Below, piece after piece: positions 29,268 to 38,077 of a stretch of DNA of 64,000 nucleotides. The position numbers and the translations under genes are program-made. The notes under the pieces were generated by a model. It ran no database searches, was not told where the DNA came from, and worked only from the letters and a program-made list of their open reading frames with translations. The DNA is from Bacteroidales bacterium (GTDB taxonomy: Bacteria; Bacteroidota; Bacteroidia; Bacteroidales; VadinHA17). The DNA is taken from assembly GCA_030596125.1 (NCBI GenBank), contig JAUVKT010000002.1, positions 8,011-72,010 of the forward strand, in the 5' to 3' direction. Positions within the stretch are counted from its first letter, which is position 1; each line of letters begins with the position of its first letter.

Positions 29268-30401
29268 TTAGATCTCCTCAAAAAATTCATTTACTTTTTC
29301 GGTGATATAATCTATTTGCTGATCTTCGAATTCGGTATGCATAGGCAATGAAAGAACCCTTTTTGACAGCTCTTCAGTTACAGGAAACTTATCATCGGCA
29401 CAACCCAGATATTGATAAGCTTTTTGTTTGTGCAGAGGTACCGGATAATATATCATCGAAGGAATACTATTTACAGAGAGGTGCTCTTTAAGGGCATCCC
29501 TGTCTTCAGGTTCTGTTTTTAATGTGTACTGGTGAAATATGTGTGTTGAATTATCACACCTGTATGGAGAGCTTATTCCACGGGTGAACATAAAAGCCTT
29601 GTTGTATGCATCTGCAACTGCCCTTCTGGCATCGTTGTAACTGTCGAGATATTTTAGTTTTACCCTGAGTATCGCTGCCTGAATAGTGTCGAGTCTTGAA
29701 TTAACCCCAATATAATCGTGGTAGTATTTTTTTGTCATACCATGGTTAATAATACTGCGGATCTGCTTTGCCAACTCGTCATCATCAGTAAAGAGAGCTC
29801 CCCCGTCTCCATAACATCCAAGATTTTTAGACGGGAAAAAGGATGTTGTTCCTATGTTGCCAATAGTACCGGCCTTTTTTACTGATCCGTCCTTAAAGGT
29901 AAACTCTGATCCTGTAGCCTGTGCAGCATCTTCTATTATATACAAGTGATACTTTTTTGCCAGAGGTGTAAGCTTTTCCATATCAGCACACTGACCAAAC
30001 AGGTGCACAGGCAGGATTACCTTTGTTTTGTCTGTAATAGCTTTTTCAACTTCTTCAGGAGAGATGTTAAATGTATTTGGATCGGGATCGACAAAAACCG
30101 GTTTGAGACCTAATAGGGCTATTACCTCAACAGTGGCAATAAATGTGAAATTTGTAGTTATAACCTCATCACCCGGTTTAAGCCCAAGTCCCATCATAGC
30201 TATCTGTAATGCATCTGTTCCGTTACCACAGCCGATCACATTTCTGACCCCGAGATATTCAGCCAGCTCATCTTCAAAGAGTTTAACATCTTTACCACGA
30301 ATAAAAGCAGTTGAATTGATAACCGACCTGATAGCATCATCTATCTCCAGTTTTATTCTGTCGTACTGCGACTTAAGGTCAACCATTGATATCTCTTTCA
30401 T
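29268..30401 (-). CDS. wbpE: DegT/DnrJ/EryC1/StrS-family PLP aminotransferase, WbpE-like
   Basis: Typical start ...MVDLKSQY and PLP-Lys region FFPSKNLGCYGDGGA. I set the start at ATG 30401 (MKEISMVDL...), though 30386 is also possible. The ORF-track extension to 30464 looks non-coding. Confidence 0.88.
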   Translation of the reverse strand: MKEISMVDLKSQYDRIKLEIDDAIRSVINSTAFIRGKDVKLFEDELAEYLGVRNVIGCGNGTDALQIAMMGLGLKPGDEVITTNFTFIATVEVIALLGLKPVFVDPDPNTFNISPEEVEKAITDKTKVILPVHLFGQCADMEKLTPLAKKYHLYIIEDAAQATGSEFTFKDGSVKKAGTIGNIGTTSFFPSKNLGCYGDGGALFTDDDELAKQIRSIINHGMTKKYYHDYIGVNSRLDTIQAAILRVKLKYLDSYNDARRAVADAYNKAFMFTRGISSPYRCDNSTHIFHQYTLKTEPEDRDALKEHLSVNSIPSMIYYPVPLHKQKAYQYLGCADDKFPVTEELSKRVLSLPMHTEFEDQQIDYITEKVNEFFEEI

Positions 30402-30517
30402 AAAGGTCCGGATTATAGAAGCTAACGGAACAACGAAGATAATATTTTCAATTATTAAAATCATTGATTAAAATCGAAATAGTTTTTTTATTTTTGTATT
30501 TGAAATTTGAAATTGGT

Positions 30518-31444
30518 ATGATCGATATTACTACACATATCAGGGAGTTGTTATTCAGGCACGATTGTGTAATACTGCCTTCTTTCGGTGGCTTTATAGG
30601 TAACTACAGGCCGGCAGGCATTGACAATTCCACTAACACCTTTACACCTCCTGTTAAAGCCATTTCATTTAACCGGAATCTGAAGCACAATGACGGACTT
30701 CTGATCGGAAAAATATCAGAGACACGAAAGATTGGTTATGCCGATTCAAAGCGCCTGGTTGATGATTTTGTTAATTCATTACAGAAGAGGCTTGAAAAGG
30801 GTGAGAGGGTTACACTCAACAGGATCGGTTATTTTCAAAATAACAGTGAAGGAAGTCTGCAATTTGAACCAGACAGGGAGTCAAACTATCTTCTTGATGC
30901 ATACGGCCTTGAATCTTTCAACAGGGAACCGGTTGAAAATTATGATGTTGCACGGAGGGTGATGAAGAGAAATGATATGGAGCCTGTGACCTCTTCTATT
31001 TCGAGGAAGATGGTATGGAGGGCGGTAATTGCCGTACCTTTTATTGCAGCTATGATACTTGTTCCGCTAAAGACCGATCTGTTTAAAAACAGGATAAGCA
31101 TTAACCCACTTGCCGGTATCGAACTTAATGAGGGGAATGAGATCCCTGATCATGCGCCTACGTCCCAGGTATCCGGGACTTCGGACGCACAAGGAGTCAG
31201 GGATGACAATGCTACAGGGGATAACAGAGGATTTTTCCTTATTGCAGGCAGCTTCAAGAGTGCTGACAATGCCCTTCGTTTATTTGATAAAATGAGTTTA
31301 CAGGGGCATGAAGCAGAGTTGATAAAAGCACCAAATGGTTTTTACCGTGTCTCCATAGAGTCATACGAAACATATAGTATGGCTGTTACAGAAAAGAAAA
31401 ACCTGTTATCTGAATATCCTGAGATCTGGATCTGGAAAAAGTAG
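30518..31444 (+). CDS. SPOR-domain protein with an N-terminal HU-like (HU-CCDC81) domain
   Basis: The start is ATG 30518 (MIDITTHIRELLFRHDCVILPSFGGFIG...). It has a central TM segment and a C-terminal SPOR-like FFLIAGSFKSADNALRL...GFYRVSIESY. ORF 30464 begins at TTG in AT-rich leader. Confidence 0.82.
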   Translation: MIDITTHIRELLFRHDCVILPSFGGFIGNYRPAGIDNSTNTFTPPVKAISFNRNLKHNDGLLIGKISETRKIGYADSKRLVDDFVNSLQKRLEKGERVTLNRIGYFQNNSEGSLQFEPDRESNYLLDAYGLESFNREPVENYDVARRVMKRNDMEPVTSSISRKMVWRAVIAVPFIAAMILVPLKTDLFKNRISINPLAGIELNEGNEIPDHAPTSQVSGTSDAQGVRDDNATGDNRGFFLIAGSFKSADNALRLFDKMSLQGHEAELIKAPNGFYRVSIESYETYSMAVTEKKNLLSEYPEIWIWKK

Positions 31445-31446
31445 TT

Positions 31447-33480
31447 CTACTTAATCTCGCTACCGTTACTTACACTCTCAGCCGGTGACATAAACACCAG
31501 TTTTCCATTATTTTCTTCTGCCATAAGGATCATTCCTTGTGATTCAATACCCCTTATTTTCCTTGGTTCCAGATTGACAACAACAGATACCAGTTTACCT
31601 ATTATATCGGCGGGATTAAAATATTCAGCTATGCCTGAAACCACTGTACGCTTATCCAGTCCGGTATCGAGTGTCAGTTTTAGTAACTTTTTGGTTTTAG
31701 GTACTTTTTCGGCATCAAGGATTGTTGCGCTGCGAATATCCAGTTTTGTAAAATCATCAAAATGAATATTATCCTTCGCAGGATTCAGTTGTGATTCTTC
31801 TTCCCTGTTCATTTTTTTTGTCAATAAAAGTTTTTCAATCTGAAAATCAATCTCCTTATCTTCTATCTTCCTGAAAAGCAGTTCCGGACTATTTATCTTA
31901 TGTCCTGCAGATAAAAGCGGATCAACGACTGCATCATCCCATTGCCTGGGCTCGAAATTAAGCCATTCTCTCAGTTTAACTACCGAGAAAGGAAGGAAAG
32001 GATCAAGAATTATGGTAAGACTGGCAGTGAGTTGCAGTGATATATTAAGTATTGTACCAACCCTTGCCCGGTCATCTTTAATTACTTTCCATGGTTCGGT
32101 GTCGGCCAGGTACTTATTTCCCAGCCTGGCAATGTTCATTGCCTCTTTAAGAGCTTCCCTGAACCGATAACTATCAAGGCTTTTTTCCACTTTTTCCTTA
32201 AGCACGGTAATCTCTTTCAGTGTCTCTTTATCGTATTGTGTAAGAGGCCCTCTTTCAGGAACATGACCATTAAAATAGTTATTGGTAAGAACAAGTGTTC
32301 TGTTAACAAAGTTACCAAATATTGCTACAAGCTCATTGTTGTTTCTTGCCTGGAAATCTTTCCATGTAAAGTCATTATCTTTTGCTTCGGGAGCATTTGC
32401 ACAAAGAACGTATCTCAACACATCTTGCTCGCCGGGAAACTCCTCAAGGTACTCATGGAGCCATACGGCCCAGTTGCGGGATGTTGAAATTTTATCATTT
32501 TCGAGGTTCAGGAACTCATTTGCAGGTACATTGTCAGGAAGAATGTAACTGCCTTCAGCTTTAAGCATCGATGGGAACATAATACAATGGAAAACAATAT
32601 TATCTTTTCCGATAAAATGAACCATCCGTGTATCTTTATCTTTCCAGTATTTTTCCCAGTCGTCGGTAAGCTCCCTGGTGGCAGATATATAACCAATCGG
32701 AGCATCAAACCATACATACAGTACTTTGTTGTCGGCACCTTCAACGGGAACAGGCACGCCCCAATTGAGATCACGGCTTACTGCCCTCGGTTGCAAACCC
32801 TGGTCGAGCCATGATTTACACTGACCGTATACGTTGGTTTTCCACTCCCTGTGCTCTTCGAGTATCCATTTCTTTAACCATCCCTGGTACTTGTCGAGGG
32901 GTAAAAACCAGTGTTTTGTCATTTTCAGAACAGGTTTACTGCCACTGATAACTGATTTTGGATTTATCAGGTCGGTTGCATTCAGTGAGGTACCACATTT
33001 TTCACACTGATCTCCGTATGCATTATCATTTCCACAGTGCGGGCAGGTGCCGGTTATATATCTGTCGGCAAGAAATGTATTAGTCTCGGGGTCGAAATAC
33101 TGGTTGGATGATTTCTCAATAAATACACCACGGTCATAAAGTGTCCTGAAAAATTGTGATGCTGTTTCATAATGCATTTTGTTGGAAGTTCTGGAGTAGA
33201 TGTCAAATGTTATTCCAAAATCCTCAAATGCTTTCTTGTTGATGTTGTGAAACTTATCTACAACTTCCTGGGGAGTAATCCCTTCATTACGTGCTTTCAG
33301 CGTAATAGGTACTCCATGTTCGTCTGATCCGCATACGGAAATAACATCTTTCCCTTTTATTCTCAGGTAGCGGGTAAAAATATCACTGGGTACATAAACT
33401 CCGGCAAGATGTCCGATATGAATGGGACCGTTGGCATAAGGCAATGCAGATGTTATTAGAAATCTTTTCGGATCACTCAT
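31447..33480 (-). CDS. metG: Methionine--tRNA ligase
   Basis: HIGH motif (PIHIGHLAG), Zn knuckles CPHCG/CEKCG, KMSKS-like KISTS, and a C-terminal Trbp111-like tRNA-binding domain. Confidence 0.97.
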   Translation of the reverse strand: MSDPKRFLITSALPYANGPIHIGHLAGVYVPSDIFTRYLRIKGKDVISVCGSDEHGVPITLKARNEGITPQEVVDKFHNINKKAFEDFGITFDIYSRTSNKMHYETASQFFRTLYDRGVFIEKSSNQYFDPETNTFLADRYITGTCPHCGNDNAYGDQCEKCGTSLNATDLINPKSVISGSKPVLKMTKHWFLPLDKYQGWLKKWILEEHREWKTNVYGQCKSWLDQGLQPRAVSRDLNWGVPVPVEGADNKVLYVWFDAPIGYISATRELTDDWEKYWKDKDTRMVHFIGKDNIVFHCIMFPSMLKAEGSYILPDNVPANEFLNLENDKISTSRNWAVWLHEYLEEFPGEQDVLRYVLCANAPEAKDNDFTWKDFQARNNNELVAIFGNFVNRTLVLTNNYFNGHVPERGPLTQYDKETLKEITVLKEKVEKSLDSYRFREALKEAMNIARLGNKYLADTEPWKVIKDDRARVGTILNISLQLTASLTIILDPFLPFSVVKLREWLNFEPRQWDDAVVDPLLSAGHKINSPELLFRKIEDKEIDFQIEKLLLTKKMNREEESQLNPAKDNIHFDDFTKLDIRSATILDAEKVPKTKKLLKLTLDTGLDKRTVVSGIAEYFNPADIIGKLVSVVVNLEPRKIRGIESQGMILMAEENNGKLVFMSPAESVSNGSEIK

Positions 33481-33662
33481 TAAAGATGGCTTTGTAGTTA
33501 TTATACTCCGGATAAAATCCCGACAAAGATAATAAATTTATATCTTAGCTTTTAGATTGATGTTCTTGTTTCTAAGGTGTATCAGTGCGAATAGCCAATA
33601 TTTATTGTGGCTGCCAGGGTTCACGTTAAAGGGTTTGGTACAAGAAGTATAAAAAGAGATAT

Positions 33663-34565
33663 ATGATAATACCAGCGATATTAAAACCGGGAGACAGGGT
33701 GGCAGTAATAGCCCCTTCAGGAGTTGTAAATAAGAAAGTTATTGAAAATGCTATTAGTATATTAAAAGAGTGGGGCCTGATCGTTGGAAAGGGTAAATAT
33801 CTATATAACAGGCATGGGTTTTTTGCAGGCACCGACTATGAAAGGCTGGAGGATTTGCAGAATGCTATCGATGATGGTGAGGTGAGATCAGTATTCTGTG
33901 CCAGGGGAGGTTACGGTCTTTCGCGTATTATCGACAGGGTTAATTTCAAGGCTCTTGCATCTTCCCCTAAATGGATTATAGGATATAGCGACATTACTCT
34001 TCTGGGGCTTTACGTTAATCGTTATGCTGATTTGCCTTTTATTCATGGGGAGATGGTCGTAAACTACCTGAACAGTAACAGGTCACCGGAAACAATGACC
34101 ACTCTGCACAAAATTCTCTTTGAAGGATTACCGGGTCACAAATGGGAATCTGATATTACCAGGGAGGGCCGGGCAGATGCAGTTTTGACAGGGGGTAATC
34201 TTGCAATGATATGCAGTGTAACCGGAACGGAGATAAAGGAATTTCTGATGGGAAAGATACTTTTTATTGAAGAAGTTGGGGAGTCACTTTACAGGCTCGA
34301 TCGTATGATGATGAGTCTCAGACTTTCAGGTATACTTGCCGGGTTAAAGGGACTTATTGTGGGCAGACTTACCGATATAGAGGAGTCGTCAGTGAAATTT
34401 GGTATGAGTGCAGAAGAGATAATTATGAAATCGGTAGAACAATATGATATTCCGGTTGCTTTTAATTTTCCGGCCGGACATTCAGATGATAACAGGGCGT
34501 TTTATCTCGGAAGGAGTGTAAAATTCAATGTTAGAGGCCGTATTGCCAACCTGGAATATATTTAG
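33663..34565 (+). CDS. ldcA: LD-carboxypeptidase (peptidase S66)
   Basis: Nucleophile motif IIGYSDIT, and FPAGH near the C-terminus. 300 aa. Confidence 0.88.
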   Translation: MIIPAILKPGDRVAVIAPSGVVNKKVIENAISILKEWGLIVGKGKYLYNRHGFFAGTDYERLEDLQNAIDDGEVRSVFCARGGYGLSRIIDRVNFKALASSPKWIIGYSDITLLGLYVNRYADLPFIHGEMVVNYLNSNRSPETMTTLHKILFEGLPGHKWESDITREGRADAVLTGGNLAMICSVTGTEIKEFLMGKILFIEEVGESLYRLDRMMMSLRLSGILAGLKGLIVGRLTDIEESSVKFGMSAEEIIMKSVEQYDIPVAFNFPAGHSDDNRAFYLGRSVKFNVRGRIANLEYI

Positions 34566-34572
34566 TTGTCAA

Positions 34573-35793
34573 TCAGAACGCTGTAAGAAGAAGATTAATA
34601 TCTTTGGATAAAAGATCAAACTTTTGACCCAGAGTTTCATTGGTAAGCATTCCTTTATAGATATATACGCCATATCTTAATCCGGGAGAATTCTTAAGCA
34701 TGATATCGAGCCCGCCGGAGTCTGCAATCTCCTGAATCAGGGGTGTGAAAACATTACTGAAGGCGATTGATGCTGTACGGGCCACTCTTGACGGGAGGTT
34801 CCATGCAGAAAAGTGAATCACGCCATGTTTTTCAAATACGGGATCTTCGAGCTCACGGCATTCGGTAGTTTCAATACACCCTCCCCGGTCGATACTGAGA
34901 TCAATAACAACGGAGCCCTTTTTCATAATCCTGATCATATCTTCAGTTATATGATACCAGGGACGCAGATCTTCAATCTGGATTGCCCCGATAAGCACAT
35001 CAGCCGACTTCAAAGCTTTTCTTAATACCTGAGGATGATATACGGATGTTTGGAGACGTTGCCCTGTCGAATTATGGAATTTTCGTAATGAATGAACTGA
35101 ATTATCAAAAATTTTAACTACTGATCCGAGGCCCAGTGCAGCATTGGCAGCATACTCCCCAGCTGTTCCTGCCCCTATTATTAATACTTCGGTAGGTGTA
35201 ACACCGGCAATACCACCAAGCATAACCCCTTTACCTCCATGGAGATTGCTCAGGTATTCAGATGCAATCAGGACAGATGTTATTCCGCTGATTTCGCTCA
35301 TTGATTCTACAACAGGCAGTTCATTATGGCTGTCTTTTATCTTTTCAAAGGCGATAGCAGTAATATTTTTATTTATTAAGGTTCTAAGTACAGACTTTGA
35401 TTGTGTCATCACCTTAAGGTATGACATAATAGTCTGATTTCCTTTCAGTTTTGCAACTTCCGCATCGGTAAATGGAGCAACCTTTATAACCAGATCACAA
35501 TTGAATATTTCATCGGTGGTTTTGGTAATAAAGGCACCATTTTCACTATAATCTTTATCTGTGTAGTTAGCGCCGAGCCCGGCATTTTCCTGCAAAAAAA
35601 CCTGGTTTCCATGCTCAATAAGAATATTTACCGATTCGGGTGTTAATGGGACCCTTTTCTCAGTTTTTTCGTTTTCGAACGGAATACCGATAGAGATCTT
35701 CCGCTTTTTTCTTCCCGTTTCGAGAAGCTCTTCCTGAGGCATAAGGGCTGCATTGGAAAGACGGTACTTATCATTTTTTTCATGCTCCTTCAT
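34573..35793 (-). CDS. Alanine dehydrogenase / PNT-family NAD-binding protein
   Basis: Rossmann motif LIIGAGTAGEYAA within an AlaDH/PNT-like layout. The start is uncertain between TTG 35820 and ATG 35793. Confidence 0.75.
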   Translation of the reverse strand: MKEHEKNDKYRLSNAALMPQEELLETGRKKRKISIGIPFENEKTEKRVPLTPESVNILIEHGNQVFLQENAGLGANYTDKDYSENGAFITKTTDEIFNCDLVIKVAPFTDAEVAKLKGNQTIMSYLKVMTQSKSVLRTLINKNITAIAFEKIKDSHNELPVVESMSEISGITSVLIASEYLSNLHGGKGVMLGGIAGVTPTEVLIIGAGTAGEYAANAALGLGSVVKIFDNSVHSLRKFHNSTGQRLQTSVYHPQVLRKALKSADVLIGAIQIEDLRPWYHITEDMIRIMKKGSVVIDLSIDRGGCIETTECRELEDPVFEKHGVIHFSAWNLPSRVARTASIAFSNVFTPLIQEIADSGGLDIMLKNSPGLRYGVYIYKGMLTNETLGQKFDLLSKDINLLLTAF

Positions 35794-35879
35794 ATCCAGG
35801 AAGCTTTTTGATTTAACCAAAGGTAAAAATTTATACGATGTACAGCAACATGTTTGTTAAGTGATTCGTCTGAAAAGTA

Positions 35880-36299
35880 TTATAATTCTATAATAATTTT
35901 TCTCACGGAGCCAGGATAAACGTCTATTCTAACAACTATAGTATCAGGAGAAAGTGCTTCTTCAGCCTTTTCAGGCCATTCTATAAAGCAATATTTCCCG
36001 GATGATAAATATTCTTCAAATCCGAAGTCGAAAAGTTCTTCTACGGTTTTAATCCTGAAAAAGTCGAAGTGGAACAGAGAATCAAGATTGGATGTAATAT
36101 ATTCATTTACAATTGTAAAGGAAGGACTTGTTACATTGTCGATAGAGCCAAGCTCTTCACATATTGCTTTAATAAAAGTGGTTTTACCAGCACCCATTGC
36201 CCCATAGAAGGCAAAAATCCTATTTCCCCTTACAACTGAAAGGAATCTTTTGGCTGCCTGCCGGATCTCTGAAAGGTTATTTATTTCAATAGATACCAT
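35880..36299 (-). CDS. tsaE: tRNA t6A biosynthesis ATPase TsaE
   Basis: 139 aa with Walker A GAMGAGKTTF and the SPSFTIVNEY motif. Confidence 0.93.
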   Translation of the reverse strand: MVSIEINNLSEIRQAAKRFLSVVRGNRIFAFYGAMGAGKTTFIKAICEELGSIDNVTSPSFTIVNEYITSNLDSLFHFDFFRIKTVEELFDFGFEEYLSSGKYCFIEWPEKAEEALSPDTIVVRIDVYPGSVRKIIIEL

Positions 36300-36344
36300 T
36301 AATAAATGGTTTCAGTGCTTATGGCTCGCAAAATTAAGAAATTT

Positions 36345-37901
36345 TTATCTAACCGGTTCCAGTGTAATAAGTGGTATTATCATCTCTTGCATTGATACTC
36401 CACCATGCTGGAACGTATTCCTGTAATAATTGGCGTAATGATTATAATTTTTAGGATAAACCAGATAGTCGTATCCTTTTGCAAATATATATCTGGAAGA
36501 TATGTTTGATTGAGGAAGATGAATCTGTGATGGTTTAATAACTTCAAAGACCTGTTTTGAAGGATAATCGAGGTTTCTCCCATGTTTATACCTGAGATTG
36601 ACGGATGTGTTCCTGTCTCCTATTATTTTAACCGGATTGGTAACCTTAATTGTTCCGTGATCGGTTGTAATAATAATTTTAATTTTCTCTCCCTCAACCT
36701 TTTTTATCAATTCTATCAGTGGAGAGTGGATAAACCATGATCTGGTAAGTGAACGGTAGGCCGGATCATCATTAGCGATCTCTCTTAATATTTTCACCTC
36801 TGTACGGGCATGGGAGATCATATCAACAAAGTTGTATACAAGTACTGACAAGTCATTATCAAGAATATCCCTGATGTTGTCGTTTACCTTTTTCCCGGCA
36901 ACATTTGTACTTATTTTATTGTAGCTCCAACTGCATGTAATAGAATGTCTTTTTAGCTGTGCATCGAGAAGCTCTTCTTCAAACTTGTTTTTTCTCTCTT
37001 CATCTTCATCGTATACCCAGTACCGGGGCATTTTCTTTTCAATATCAAGGGGCATTAGCCCGGCGAAGATTGCATTTCTTGCATACTGTGTTGCAGTAGG
37101 CAGGATACTGTAGTACAGCTCTTCATTTATTAGTTTTGTGTATGAGGATATCTCTTCAAAAATTATTTTCCATTGATCGAGTCTGAGGTTGTCTATCAGG
37201 ATAAAAAGTACTTTTTCTCCTTTTGCTATCAGGGGGATAACAGAATGAGGAATAACGGATGGACTTAACAGCGGCTTATTGCTATTTCCCGGGTCAAACC
37301 AGGAAATATAGGTGGTGCTAATGAATCTTGAAAATTCATTATTTGCTTCCTGCTCCTGTGTATGGAATATATCCCTTAGCCCGGGATCGTCTGTTTTATC
37401 AAGTTGTGTGTCCCAATAAACAATTTTCTTATAAATTTCCTTCCAGTCATTAAAGTTTGATGCTGAATTTATAAGTAACCTGATTTTACCAAACTCCTCC
37501 CTGTATTCGATTGTTGTTTTTTCTGTAACGAGCCTGTTGCTGTCTATATTTTTCTTCAGAGTCAGGAGTATCTGGCTGGGTTTAACAGGCTTTATAAGGT
37601 AATCGGCTATCTTAGATCCAATTGCTGCCTCCATGATATTCTCCTCTTCACTTTTTGTTATCATAACAACCGGAATAGCCGGCTTAAGTTCTTTTATCTC
37701 TTTAAGAGTATCAAGCCCGCTCATTCCCGGCATGTTTTCATCCAGGAATATTATATCATAATTATTTTCGGCAACAAGATCAATAGTGTCAAGACCATTT
37801 GAGCAGGTATCAACATCATAACCTTTTTTATTAAGAAAAAGTATATGGGATTTCAGTACTTCAATCTCATCGTCAGTCCATAAAATTCTGATTTTGCGCA
37901 T
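36345..37901 (-). CDS. porX: T9SS response regulator PorX (REC + PglZ/alkaline-phosphatase-like domain)
   Basis: N-terminal receiver (ILWTDDE..., FLDENMPGMSG, ...KP) is fused to a roughly 380-aa PglZ-like domain (ITTDHG). 518 aa, with no adjacent histidine kinase. Confidence 0.85.
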   Translation of the reverse strand: MRKIRILWTDDEIEVLKSHILFLNKKGYDVDTCSNGLDTIDLVAENNYDIIFLDENMPGMSGLDTLKEIKELKPAIPVVMITKSEEENIMEAAIGSKIADYLIKPVKPSQILLTLKKNIDSNRLVTEKTTIEYREEFGKIRLLINSASNFNDWKEIYKKIVYWDTQLDKTDDPGLRDIFHTQEQEANNEFSRFISTTYISWFDPGNSNKPLLSPSVIPHSVIPLIAKGEKVLFILIDNLRLDQWKIIFEEISSYTKLINEELYYSILPTATQYARNAIFAGLMPLDIEKKMPRYWVYDEDEERKNKFEEELLDAQLKRHSITCSWSYNKISTNVAGKKVNDNIRDILDNDLSVLVYNFVDMISHARTEVKILREIANDDPAYRSLTRSWFIHSPLIELIKKVEGEKIKIIITTDHGTIKVTNPVKIIGDRNTSVNLRYKHGRNLDYPSKQVFEVIKPSQIHLPQSNISSRYIFAKGYDYLVYPKNYNHYANYYRNTFQHGGVSMQEMIIPLITLEPVR

Positions 37902-37945
37902 CTCCCTTTTTATATTTGATTATCAGATTCTATCATTCTACAACC

Positions 37946-38077
37946 TTTTCACTTTAAACTTCTTTTCAACTTTAGTCACTTTTAACTTTAGTCACTTTAG
38001 TCACTTCTTCTCCCCAACTTTAGCTCACTTTAGCTCACTTTTCACTTTAGTCACTTCTTCATTTAGTCACTTCTTCA
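37946..38077 (-). repeat. Modular repeat array D, in reverse orientation relative to arrays A-C
   Basis: The plus strand reads TTTAGTCAC, TTTTAAC, TTCTTCTCCCCAAC and TTTAGCTCAC, which are reverse complements of modules D, K, E and S. It lies 45 nt upstream of the porX ATG and overlaps the last codons and stop of the sprE-like gene. Confidence 0.92.
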
